Of a stretch of 64,000 nt of DNA, positions 49,101-62,247 are shown piece after piece. The notes beneath the pieces are model-generated. The model was not told the origin of the DNA. It saw nothing but the letters and a program-made list of their open reading frames with translations, and did not search any database. The translations under genes were made by a program, and so were the position numbers. The stretch comes from Paragordius varius (taxonomy: Eukaryota; Animalia; Nematomorpha): positions 2,976,001 to 3,040,000 of the forward strand of contig OZ176053.1 in the NCBI GenBank assembly GCA_964247055.1, in the 5' to 3' direction. Numbering within the stretch: position 1 is the first letter of the stretch; the number at the start of each line of letters is the position of its first letter.

Positions 49101-52100
49101 TGAGGCGGATAATTGTTCTTTTAATTCCTTTACTTTAATGTTGCGTTCTTGAGTTTGTAAGGGGTAGTTTTTGGAGTAATGTGGATGCAGAGATCTATAA
49201 TGTCTTTCAATATTTGACTTTTTGGGCAAAGCAACAGTACTATTGCATATTAGACAGGTGCATGTTTCATTTATCATAATAAAAAAGTATTCATGCTCCC
49301 AATCTTTCTTGTATCTGTACAACTTTTTTTGGCTCATTCTAAAATATAAGTTTTAAAAACCTACTTTTGGTGTATCAAATCAAATCTAACTTCACGATTA
49401 TGCTTCTGATTTATGAATAAGCTTTGCTCAAAGTTTTGATATATTCAAGGGAAATGACTGATTTTAAGTTTTAATGCAAATGCTCCAAAACATATGAATT
49501 ATAATTAATAAAATAATTTTTTACACCCTTTTCTTAGACGTTTTTTTTTAATTTAAACCGTATTTTTTTGTATTTTAAATTTAAATTCGCTCAGAAGTAG
49601 CCAACTATCCGAAAAAAATCAATAAAATTTTTTTTAAAAAAATATTTTCAGGCGGTCACTTTTTGAGTTGTCGCGGTCACGAGAGTGACCGCGGTCACCT
49701 CGTTGGCCACCCCTGATATATAGGTATCTACATAACAAAATAAACAGAATCATTTGACTGTGATTATAAGATTGTGATATATTTATCGGAAATAGTGATT
49801 AAAGAAGTAATAAAAGGCATAAAAATAATTATTTTGGTTTTAATTGGATGATATAATTGATTTATAATCTATTCTATCATTTTTTTGAACTAAATATTAT
49901 GAGTAAAGTAAAAAATATAAATAATAGTTATGAACAAGAAGATTTTTATACAAGTCTTGGCATCCGTACTACCGGCAAGATGATTGTAATATATGTATAT
50001 ATACATATAAATTTATAATTAAGACCGACCTTAGAGAGAATATAGATACTTGAAGTAGTTTGGTTTTTATTCATAATTTTAAATTTATGAAGAACAAAAA
50101 GACAACAGAAATAACAAAATGAGACATATTCGCTATATAATTTATATAAAAAACACAAAAAAAAGAAGAAGTATATATATATACACTGTGTGCAAAAAAG
50201 AGGGTCATTTTGATTTAACGAAAAAATTTTTTTTTCATGAGATATCTTATGACCAGCGTATTCATTTGCCGCAAAAATTTTTATTTGTTGACAACCTAGT
50301 TTTTGAAATATTGAGAGAAAATCGAAATCGGGCAAAAAGTGAAAATTAAGGATAATTCAAAAAATAATGATAATATTTGAAATATTATCGTTAATTATTA
50401 GGAGATATTTTCAATATATAAATAGCCTAAAATCATATAGTTAGGGTTTCTATAAAATTCAGCTCAAAAGATGACGTTTTTTTATCACACTTAAAAGACA
50501 AAAAAATTTAATGAAAATATATTAAAATAATTTTTTTTAATTATTTACTACCTAAACTCACTACTTAAATCTTAACATTTATATTTTATTCAGCAAATAA
50601 TACTTATATATTAAAATAAAACCAAAAATGTTTTTTATTTTTGCATTTTTTTGTCATCTGGTTTATGAGTGTATAAAATATTTAAACTGTTTTATTTTGG
50701 ATTCTTACATGAGTGGGAATTATTGAGTATATAATTTATGCAAAATATGATGTAAAAGTAATGGAATATCAACCAACAATCCTTACAAATTCCTGTAACA
50801 AGTCTGTTTTATGACAAATTGGTATTTTATTTGGACTTGCACGGATTGTTGGTTGATATTCCACTACTTTTAAATCCCATTTTGCATAAATTATATACTT
50901 TATATTTCGCACTCATGTAAGATTCCAAAATAAAACAGTATAAATTTTTTATACACTCACAAACCAGATGACAAAAAAATGTGAAATTAAAAAACAATAT
51001 TTTTTGGTTTTATTTTGATATATAAGTTTTTTTACTGAATAAAATATGGATGTTAAGATTTTAATAGTGAAGCCAGTAAATAATTAAAAAAAATTATTTT
51101 AATATAGTTTCATTAAATTTTTTTGTCTTTTAAGTGTGATAAAAGAAAAACGCCATCTTTTGAGCTGAGTTTTATAGAAACCCTAACTATATGATTTTAG
51201 GCTTTTATATATTAAAATTATCTCCTGAAATGATAATAAACCATAATATTTTAATATTTATCATTATTTTTTGAATTATCCTTAATTTTCACTTTTTGCT
51301 CCATTTCGATTTTCTCTCAATATTTCAAAATCTAGATTGTCAACAAATAATAATTTTTGCGGCATATGAATTCACTGGTTATAAGCTATCTCGTGAAAAA
51401 AAATTTTTTTCGTTAAATCAATATGACCCTCTTTTTTGCACACAGTATATATATATATATATATAATATAAATAGCTATTTTAAAAATTAAAAAATACTT
51501 TCGTTGGTTTCAATTGAATTCCTGTGATCCAAAAATTAGGCTAATTAAAGTAAAAAACTTGCGACCGAGCATAAAAAGTCTGAGATTAGTTTAACATTTT
51601 ATAAAAAATGTTTAATAACATAATGTTAACAAAAATATATCCTGAATCTCTCATAAGAAAACGTATAATTATCATGCTTCTGGTTTTGGCGCTTTCTACT
51701 AATGATTTATAAAAGTTATCATTTACAGTGTTTTGGTAATTGCTTCATATCAGAAAATGAAAGAATTTACGCACATTGTTAAATAATTTTTTGATAGCGA
51801 AATGCTTTATTATCACTATAATATGTTAAATATAAAAAGCATAATTTATCTTTTGGAGAAGGGCTCCGAAAGCTTTAACTCTTTACACCATGGGCTAGTT
51901 CTCTTAACACAAGGGCAAAAGGGCCGAAGGGATAAAAATTGTAACTATATGTTAATTTTACACCAATAACATTTGCTGAAAACATATTTTTCTCCAAAAA
52001 TTATGTAGAGAGTTAAATCACGTTTATATGATTCGATGATGCTGATTTTCCATCAAATTAGAATTATTAAAATGTTTTATTGTTTTAAATATGGGTATAT

Positions 52101-55100
52101 TTTTCTAAAATACAATTTATGTTTAAATATAAATTGCAAGACGAACCAATATTATTTAAATTCTGAAGTAATAATGTTTAGAATCATCGGATTAGAAAGA
52201 AAAGGGGTTTTATAATATCTTGCCGTTTTCATGATGCCTTAAAAAGTATGTAGTATGATTCAATAAAGTTTTCTTAAAAATTTTTATCCATAGTATGCAT
52301 TTTTCAAAAATATTTATTCTAGCTTTAATTAAATTGTCACGAACTGCATTTTTTATTTAAAACGAATTTAGCAATTTAGAAAGCTGATAAAATTTGATTA
52401 CGCAATCCACATGTAAAAATTAAATTTTATAAAAGTATTTTGCTTTTTAAATGTAGTATATCATATATTTTGAAGGTATTTTTTGAAACAAAGCACTCTA
52501 CTAAAATATTTGATATAATGTGGTCTAATTTCGCGATTTTTCGATATTCAATTACCACAAAACCTCAATTTATTATATCACTCGTAACCCGAAAAACCAA
52601 GAATAATACATTTATATCAGAATATATATAATCAACATATTTTTTATATCCAATTTTGAAAGCAGTTTCACACTTCATTACCGTTTTACTTTTTTGTTCT
52701 AGTTTACCTTTTGGGGTTTATATTCCCAAAGGTCGATTTCGTAAAACTACTGTTTTGAAAGTTAATTGTATCAGTTAAAAAGCTCATATTTTTTACAGTA
52801 GATTGAAACCACGATTGAAACGAACAGCTTATATTTGAATAAAAATATATCAAGTTTTTCCTGGTAAAATGTAAAAAGCTTCTCAAGGTTAATATTATCA
52901 TGTATACCATAATATATATTTATTTGCCTCTTGCATAGTCAATTTAAAAAAGTTTATTGAAAAAAATGGCGTCAAAAAATGTAAGGATTTTTTTATAATT
53001 TTACACTTTTTAATAAAAATTTTGTATAATGCGCCTAAAAAACTAAAAAAGCATATATTTAAATTAGGTTTAATACCCTAATTAATTTTTAAGATATTCA
53101 AATTATCGCTCTGTGATGTAAAATTACTTTAAAAGTAATGAAGTGTTAATGAACTTAGAAGATTTGAAAACCTTGGCCCACCAATAATCGAAAGTTTAAT
53201 TTACTTATATTTAAGATCACGGTATTAAACCATAAAAATTGAAGTAATAAATAAATACCTGTGTATTTCCATACGTACGTTCCACACAAATTTCTTTCAG
53301 ACAATCATTATCAGTAATATAACAAATCTTTAACCGTAATTTCTTGTTGAATTTCAAAACGTAACGACCCTATAATAAGTATTTAAGATTTTAAGGCACT
53401 GGGAAAGAAAAGATTTAGTTTAAATAGGTTTTATTGCATTTAAAAAATAATTTGGTAAGAGATGCGATAATTTAAGTATAAGTTATAAATTATAATACAC
53501 ATATAAAAACCGCAAGACATTTATGTTGTAAAATCTTTCAATATTTAATAAAGTAATATATTTTTATTAACATTTATAGCTTGAAATGGTTGGAATCTTG
53601 GTATTGTACAAAAACTTAAATCATTGGTATTATAAGTGTATCTGGGTTGTGCATTTGACTGCTTTTTCAAAAAGGTCCGGTCAGACCCAGTCAGACCATG
53701 TTCATGACCACGGTCATGACCACTTTTTAGTTGAGTAAGTATCATGCAATATTGGATTGTCAAAATAATTTTCAAATTACGCTTGCGTTTCACTAATAAT
53801 GTCCTATTTTTCTTAAAGGTTTGTATTATACATTTTTTTGATATTTATTATTTACAAATATTTTCAATTAAATTTAATCAAGAAATTTGTTTTCAAATAA
53901 ATTTTGCCATATGTTTATGGTTTTTGAATCAAGAATTACATTTTTAATACTCAATATTTCAAATAAAAATTTACCTAGTTTCACTTTCTTTATCATTAAA
54001 TTATTGGATGTTTTTCATTTTATTGGTTCACATATATGGAATTACATATGCAAAGGGCTTGATTGTTTGGTTTTTCGACATAACTGGATATCCTTAAATG
54101 CTAATGATATAAGGATGCATGTTTAACAATTTTTAATATATTGTTGAATAAGCATATTTGAATATTTTTTTTTAAAAAATATATTAAAATAATTTTACTA
54201 TCTTTCTTTCAAAAAAATACTATCAATTTTTCAAAGAACAGCTGTTTTTTGAATGACCATGGTCAAAAATAAATAGTCACTGACCTGGTCATGACTTGGT
54301 CAGCACAACCCTAAGTGTCTCCCCAAAAGATTTTACACAGTAGTTAATTGTGATTAATAAATAGAATCAATTTTTTACCATATTTACCATTTGCAATTCA
54401 AATTCACCCTTGACCAACTCAACCACCGAACAATTCGAATTCACCCCTGAACAATTCATATTCACCCTAAAAATAAATTATGTGTTTTCGAGATATATAA
54501 ATCATCATTAATATGAAATATATTTTTACGACATAGTTTATTATTTTATTAATTTTAAAAAGAATTTCATATTTAAATCTATATATTTATAAAAAGAAAG
54601 TGGTGGCTTTGTGATCTGTTTCCGGAAAACCGGTAGACTCATTCGAATCCAAATATCAAAAAAATATAATCATTAATGAATGCCCCGACAATAGCTTCGC
54701 TCTTTTTTTGAAATAGGCCCCCAGTTCGGGCCCATCCCGTGTAAAAAACGGTTTTTTTGAAAACAGCAGTCCACAAAATCGTGTCTTTGAGACAATTTTT
54801 TGGAGAACCTGTTGGACCATTTAATTTGAAATATGATTTTTGTTTACTTATTTTTGATTGCGCCGAACATAGTCGACTCACTTTTTTATTTAGGCCCTCT
54901 TTTTACCCGCTCCCCCCAGAAAATGCCATTTTTTTCAAAAAAAATTAGGTCCACAAAAATAATTTTTTGAATCTATTTTTCGCCCAAAGTATGAGTCCGT
55001 AAAATTTCAATAAGGATTCCAGGTATGCCCTGTTAAAATGCAAAAATTTTAGTCAAGCGTTTCTTTGATGATAGCTGCTGGGTAAGGAGATACCCGCCAA

Positions 55101-56605
55101 AAACTGACCCGTAGTATCAAAATAGCGTGCCTTTGGGGCTAAATTTCAGAAAACCTATCAGTTCATATGAGTTCAATAGCTGCTTAAAGTATTACCCGAT
55201 AAAAGTCAAAAATTTTAGTCGAACGGAATTTTTGAATTAGCCGTTAAATAGGCCCTTTACTCCCTAAAAAAGGCGCTATCATTGCACTATTTAGTTTTGA
55301 AGCCATTCTTCCATAAACTATTAGGAATGAACGATGACTCCAGGTATAAAGGCATAATTTCTTATCTAACTACATTTATATTGGCCTCTGGGTAGGGGGC
55401 TACCCGCCTAAAACTTCGCCATCATATCGATACAGCATGCCTTTGGAGCCAAATTTCAGAAAACTTATGAGACTATGTAAATCATTTTAAAACTTCGTGC
55501 CTTATAACAAAATTGCTCATAAAATCAAAAATATATTATGCTCATTTTAAATAAAATTGTCTATCTTAATATTCAAACGACACAATGATCAATCAGACTT
55601 TATTGATTTTAAACATAAAATCGTATTAGGTTATTGTTTTATTATTTATTTATCTATTATATGTATAGGATGTTAAAAAATATATGGATAATAAAACATT
55701 ATTTATGGTAATCATATTTATAAAAATGGAAAGTGGTGGCTTTGTGATCTGTTTCCGGAAAACCGGTAGACCCATTCAAATCCAAATGAAATAATATAAT
55801 CATTAATGAATGCCCCGACAATTGCTCACCCTTTTTTGAAATAGGCCCCCAGTTGGGGCCCACCCCGTGTGAAAAACGTTTTTTTTTGAAAACAGAGTCC
55901 ACGAAGTCTTTGAGAAAATTTCCGGAGAACGTGTTGGACCATTCAATTTCAAATATGATTTTTGTTACCTTATTTTCGATTTCGCGGAATATCGTCGTCT
56001 CGTTTTTTAATTTAAGCCCTCTTTTTACCCGCTCCTCCCGTAATATGCCATTTTTTTCAAAAAAACAAAATCCGCAAAAATAATTTATTGAATCTATTTT
56101 TCCCCCGAGTAAATAATTATTAGTATAAATGCACCGTTTTAAAATTCCTATGAGATCATAGCTATTAAATAATTTTCAAAATAATCCACATGTGTGGATT
56201 TTATTGTCCCTTTTTTCAAATAGCCCCCCCTCCCCCAGAAATCCAGAGATTTACGCTAGTAATATTATAAAATAAAGTTATTTTTTAATTTTGAAAAACA
56301 CCTAATTATATTAAGGTGAACTTGAATTGTTCGAGGGTCAAAATGAATTGTTCAAAGGTGAATTTGAACTGTTCAAGGGTGAATTTGAATTCTAAATGGT
56401 ATATATACTACATGATACAATTTTCAATATATAAAAACTTACATTAAACCGAAAATCTCGAATATTATAGTATGTTAATAATGCTTTAAACAAATCTTCG
56501 TTGGGAGAATATGACAAAAGATGTGGCTTATTTTGGGTAAGGTTCATTTTAACGAATCCATAAATATGGTTATTTTTCTTTGATAGTGTGACATTCCTAA
56601 TTTTA

Positions 56606-56647
<42 letters not shown>

Positions 56648-58415
56648 TAATTTAAATGTAATGTCTAAAAGATTTACTTTAACCCTCTATACGGATTGTC
56701 AACACAAACAGGTTCACGGATCTCATTTATGACTCAAAAAATCCGGCGAGTCGCATATAAATATTATATCAAAATATATTTACTAATTGTTTATCAGTGT
56801 CCAAAACTGTAAGTTTGGTAGACAATTTACCATTTATTACGCCTTTGCACTCAAAAAATTGATGCATAGAATTTTTATTCTTGTAAAGTCCTGCTATTTT
56901 ATTTAATCGACATAATTGACTTGTTACGTTTACGTGTTCGTCAAACATAATTTTTTATGCATGTGATTATATAACGAAAATGTTACAATTTTTATATATT
57001 CTAATAAAATTATGTAAATACCCCTAACGAGCAATTGATGGTCTTTTACGATATATTTTATGAGGATAAATTCTCGGAAGAATTATAATAAAAATAAAAT
57101 TGGCCAAAATTGTCAATTCTTATTTTTAACTATTAAAAAATGTCGCAAATTGCAAATTAGAACTTTGATTATATTTTAGTTTAGAAATTTTCAGCCAATA
57201 TAGAGCACTTCAGATTTTGCTCTAAACGCATATGCCTAGCTCTAAAATCTAATAAAAATTAAAGAAAATCAAAATTAAAACCTGGCATTATATCGGTTAT
57301 CTATAAGCAATTGCGTAACTATTCCTGACAAATTGCCAATTTTGCACCAATCCTTGTATAATAAGGTATGATCGATGAAATTCATTTGTTGGAAAGCTAA
57401 TATGTTTTTAACGAAATTCTAAATTTTCATAAATATAATAAATAGTTCTGCTAAAATACTATTTAGCTTTCCGATTAATCAATATCTATTTTAACCTTAA
57501 AATTAGATTGTAATATTATAATAAAAAATGAATATCTCGTTTTCGGTTCTTTACACAGTGTCCACAAAAAAATAGACTGATAAAATATAAAACTTTTAAT
57601 ATATGTATGAGGATTTTCATGGTGCTTTTGGATTTGGCCCTAACGAAGAGTTATTTTCCTTTTTGTGGCAAATTCACCATATTTGCACATAATTTTTTTC
57701 GGCCAATGCTATATGCTCCATTTTAAAATATCATTATTAATTATGAACTAAATATAAAAAGCAAAACAATATTTTTAAAAAATTAAAATCTCCGAAAGTT
57801 CCAAGTTTTTCGCTCTTTTAAAATAGCCTAATTCTCTTAAAATACAAGAAAAAATGCCGAGATTGCGGGATAAAAATTTTGCATATATGCTTTATCAAAT
57901 AAAAATATTTTTTTAAAATACTTACTTTTGTCAAATTACAAAATTTTGTTGAAGCGTACTTTATACTATTTTGAGGCATTATGGAAACGGTACAAAACGC
58001 TTCAAGACATTATAAAAACATTTTTCTATAAATTTCGATGCTGAACATTTCTATCACCTCAGATTTTAATTAAAATATTCGTTTGTCTTCAAGATTATGT
58101 TAAATCAAATTTATGTTTTTTTACGAAAGTTGCCCAAAATTTTATAGCAAACGAACCTTTAAATTTTGGACGCAGTGTTATGATTGAAATGCAGTTTGTG
58201 AATCAAGTTAATGGCTAAAACTTTAAACTTTATAGCTCATCAGGAGTTTATTATTTTTAAAGCTATTTATCTATAAAACCGATATATTCGAAGCGCTGCT
58301 GAAACCATTTTATATTTTATAACACTCACTATATTTAACCATACCACCATATTCACACTAATAAAAATTAAAAAAATATTAAGTGTGGGAAATTGGGGTT
58401 TTATATAATATCTCG

Positions 58416-58449
<34 letters not shown>

Positions 58450-61400
58450 ATAGAAAACCATCAAGATTCTTAGCGTGCATTTCTTGAGCCGAGTCATTTT
58501 ACAAAGTTAGTTCCACTTATGTGGTAATTGGTTTAAATCAAAAAGTAATTACACATTTTGCTAAATATTTTTTTAGTGTAAGCAATCCAAAAATTTTATA
58601 TTAACACTTCGATTCAAATTGGGGTATCTGAACCCCAGACTATATTTAAGTTGATAATTTAAAAAAACTACTGAACGAAACGGTCTTAATTTAAATTTAT
58701 GCTTCTATCCTAATAAAAATTATATAAATAAGCCGAAATAACTAAATAAAATTTAGTTTTGAGAAGCTCCATGTCAAACTACTTCGACGCCATTTTTGTT
58801 TCATAAAATTTTTGCAAAATACCGTGTCAATTTATTTTTAAAGATAAAATTAAAACTAATAAATCACATCTAACATTAATAGAAATAGATAAAGTGGTTT
58901 ATTTTGTATTTTCAACTTAACAAATGCACACATGTCACGTTAACTAAATTACCTTTGGGATTTACCTTAAAATAAGTAATATTAAATATTATTGATTAAA
59001 AGTTTTTATATATTCCAGTTTATTAATGCTATATGATTGAAAAATTTTGCCATGGTTTCGATTCCTTCCATATTTTTAAAAAGTTTAAATTTAAACAGGC
59101 CTGGGGTATCCAACTACCCCAATTTGAATGGAAGGACTGAAATAAATGTATAACCAAGTGTTAAAATACATAATAAACTATTTTAAAAAATTATATTGAC
59201 CAGTAATAGTCTTTTCTTATTTTTAAAGGAAAATCAATAATATATTTTATATTGACCACCGGCTTCTAAAATTTTTTCCAATTAATGGATGCTATGCCAG
59301 TTTTTGTGGCAAACTATTTGAGCCATTTCCCAACGTCTTACAATTTAATAAAGTGCTGCTTTGCCGCCAGCATGTACATTGATGCGAAAAGGTAATACCC
59401 ATTTGGCCCTGTAGGGGAAGATGCGGAAATAATTCCCATCACAACGCTTTTAGTTTATTTCACTGGCTTTGCTGTGTGAGATGGAGTGTTATATACTAAA
59501 ACTAATTTAAGTTGTATTTAACTTCTAATGCAAGGCTATTTTAGAAAAATACACGTATTTAAATTCAATTCAAAGGCGATATAAATTTTATTAAAAATCT
59601 GAGGTAATAAATGTTCAATATCATCGAATTATGTAGAAAATTTATAATTTCTTATACCGTTTGTAACATGCTATCATATACGCTTGACAAAATTTGCCAA
59701 AAATTCAATTAACACTTCATGACCTTTTCCTTTATTGTCGGCTGTGACACATTAGGGTAGTTTTATATCCCAGAGCTGAATCTTGTAAAAAAACTACTAT
59801 TTTGAAAGTTATTTTTGTTAAAATTTTAATATAAAACATTGTTATCCTGTTTAGAAAAGAGCTTATATTTTTTAAATTTTTTAATTTCTAGATAAATTGG
59901 GACAGCTCCAAAACATGATTGAACAACAGTTGATTTTGAAATTAATAAATATGAACTTTTTAATGGTAAAATTCAATCTGAAAGCTTACTAAAGTTTTTA
60001 TTAACAATTCTAGGATTAATATACATTTGCCTATTGTATTTGCGATTAAAATAATATAGAAAAAAATTGCGGTGAAAAACTTTGAGTGAATAATTATCAA
60101 TTTTATATTTTATTGAAAATAATTTTTTGTATTATGTGCCTTGCATATTTTTATATTCGGCCTAATATGTTTAAAAATATTCGAACTTCGAATATCTGGA
60201 TAAAATCACCCAAAGTCATAAAGTGCTAACTAGGTATGCATTTAATCATAAATATTTTTTTACATCATAACAAACATATATTAAATTTAATCGCGCAACG
60301 CTTAATTCAGAGAATAGAATTTCAAAGCCCAAATCTAAAAATAAATATAAATACTTATCTTTTTTGTAGTTTATATATATTATATTGAGAGTTTCTGGAT
60401 TAATGCTAGAAAAATTTATTTGGCATAATATGCGCTTTGCGGTTTTTTGTATGGGTCATTTAGTTTAAAAATTTATGTATTTTACTCTAATGCAGGGGTG
60501 TCCAACACAATATCTTCGCGGATGCTTTGATAATTTTTGGGTTTTTTTTATTTATTTTAAGCCCAATTTTGGATGGATGTATCTTCTATATAATCGTAAA
60601 TTTTAGATTAAATTCCAATTTTTATTTTTAAACATTTTTTGAGAGCGCTTTTGCGTACAAAAAAAATCGTGTTGGGCATCCCTGTAATGTAAGGCTCAAA
60701 ACCAAAAGCACTATAAAAATCCAGCTATGTTTACCTATCAGAGCATTAATATTTTATTAAGATGTTTTTTGTGAACGTCATTACCCTTCTGTACACAACC
60801 ACACTGTTTACAAAAAGATTATAACTTATTTTACATTTAATATTTATCACTGTTTAAACTTTATTCATATTTGATAAAAATACTTGTTGAAATTTTGGTA
60901 ATAAAGGTGTTTTCCAATACTTCCATTTTGATCATATAGGTCAAGGTGAATGTATAATTGGCAGTATAAGCGTTAACATATTGATGACATGTATTATTTT
61001 CTGGACTGAATGGAATTTTCTACAAAAGAAATAAATAGAAATAATATCTGCGTGTTTACTGAAGAAGTTGAAAAAGGAAATGTTTATAAATATGTCCCAA
61101 GAAAACCAAACTATTTGCAATCGGTTATTATTTTATATAAATGCCAAATTTAAGATCATCTCTTTTTATAATAATAAATATGCGTGTTTTAAAATTATTG
61201 TGGTAAGATAACCAAACATTAACTCTTCTTTCCAAATTTTAATTAACCCCCTACTTACAACAAATTGTTATGCCGAATAGTTGTGGAACTTTGAGTGTTA
61301 TTAGTTAAGTAAAGTTAACCCATGAAAGCTTTAACACCGGTCTGCCCCTGCGGAGAAATGGTAAGAATCGAAAATACTGTTTCTTTAAAAACATACAAAT

Positions 61401-62247
61401 TATTCCGTCCCTACTCTAAACAATCACTTTACTTCAAATAAAATTAGCAAACAATGAATATGAAGTAAACTAAAATAATATTATTGACTTAAAGCACATT
61501 TAATGTTTCATTAAACTTTGGGCGGGTTCTAGGTTCAATTATTCAAAAATAAAAAATATACCTTAGTTTCGTTATAGCATGGTTTGACATTTTCATAACA
61601 TCTTTTCATTGTTAAGGAATAAGTTACTTGAGCTGTTAAATAGGACGTCCAGCATACATTTATGTTTTGGTTATCCGAACGCGCATTTATCGTTAATTTT
61701 GAACTATTAGCTATAGGGGAAAAATGTAAAGTTAAAAAATAAAACTGGTAATGGTTATCAGTACACTCTCTATTAAATTTTTCTCTAGAAAAACATAAAT
61801 AAAATTATGAATTATGTGAGAATTCGCCGTTGACCCAAATATCCATAAGCCATGTAAGTGGCTCAAAATACGCTTTATAGAATTTAATTTTTTCCAAAGA
61901 ATTTTAATTTTTGTTATTTGATATAATGGAGGACATTCGGAAATCTACAAGATATATAAAACCCTAATTATCCCGATTTCCAGAACCGTATTTATCTTTT
62001 CGATTCCTACAAAAATATTCTTAAAATAAATATTGGTCCCTAACACAGTCCTAATATATAGAGAAACATTGTAATAGATTAGAAATATTCTTTGATAACT
62101 TAAAAATAAAATATTATTTTTTTATTTAAAAAAACAATCTAAATCATATGGATCTAATAAAAGTGTTCATACGTTACCTTTTGTGGCATGAAGATATTGT
62201 TGGATAAGACATGATAGTATTAATGCCAAATATAGTTTTGAAATCAT
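37142..62247 (-). CDS. Unannotated secreted glycoprotein, copy B (~315 aa). Exons: 62247-62178, ~61710-61562, 61019-60884, 57396-57282, 56596-56443, 53369-53259, 43170-43014, 37197-37142
   Basis: Same exon sizes and phases as copy A (70,149,136,115,154,111,157 nt; last exon 9 nt shorter, in frame). Synonymous changes are concentrated in exons 3-4, e.g. IPFSPENNTCHQYVNAYTANYTFTLTY is identical as protein with 6 silent changes. Signal peptide MISKLYLALILSCLIQQYLHATK. Confidence 0.75.
40052..42936 (+). mobile_element. Near full-length RTE-clade non-LTR retrotransposon; single APE+RT ORF 40123-42921 with two in-frame TAA stops (40786-88, 41851-53)
   Basis: APE motifs (GCWNVRSL, GDWNSKVG, NQIDYI, SDHELL), RT motifs (GVRQGCCLSPYLF, LRFADD) and the RTE C-terminus (YFGHVMR...GRPPMRWLD). 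The three ORF-track pieces share one frame. (CAAC)n tail. Confidence 0.95.
40065..40105 (+). promoter_or_regulatory. Candidate RNA pseudoknot in the RTE 5' UTR
   Basis: GAGGG(40065-69)/CCCTC(40087-91) interleaved with TGGCA(40077-81)/TGCCA(40101-05), 18 nt upstream of the ORF ATG. Confidence 0.5.
44371..45479. mobile_element. Tc1/mariner-like non-autonomous element inserted in the old RTE
   Basis: Imperfect TIRs CACT(AG/GC)TC(G/A)ACAA...GCACCACC with TA on the left. Interrupts the RTE frame between GIDN and IPLELI. Faint Tc1 HTH-like remnant inside. Confidence 0.6.
46993..49715 (-). mobile_element. Buster/Charlie-type hAT DNA transposon with transposase 49337-47528 (GTF2IRD2/SPIN-like), two -1 slips in T-runs
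   Basis: TIR CAGGGGTGGCCA; perfect 8-bp TSD ATATATAG (46985-92, 49716-23). BED finger, LDESTD, TTDGAPAM, HCIIH, VRWLS, STYLCESAFS. Confidence 0.95.
50184..51447. mobile_element. Foldback/palindromic TA-target MITE (~1.26 kb)
   Basis: Whole element is an inverted repeat (arms ~600 bp, short loop near 50.81 kb). Ends CACTGTGTGCAAAAAAGAGGGTCAT; flanked by (TA)n. Confidence 0.85.
53643..54313. mobile_element. hAT-type MITE (family E), inverted relative to 26834 copy
   Basis: Homologous to 26834-27609; TSD AGTGT(A/C)TC; empty site near 21550. Confidence 0.85.
60493..60684. mobile_element. Small hAT-like MITE
   Basis: TIR CAGGGGTGTCCAACAC / GTGTTGGGCATCCCTG; absent from the paralogous site (~27950); TSD imperfect (TAATG). 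Confidence 0.7.

Larger units (their letters stand above)
43350..51580 (-). mobile_element. Older degenerate RTE element (coding remnants ~43390-44370 and ~45480-46910) carrying nested insertions
   Basis: Minus-strand remnants of APE (IGNWNVRG, YIIVCAPT, GGYWNSKVG) and RT/C-terminus (GRPMLRWLD). Flanked by the 13-bp duplication TGA(A/G)ATTAGTTTA (43337-43349, 51581-51593), which occurs once at the empty site 19425-19437. Confidence 0.8.
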
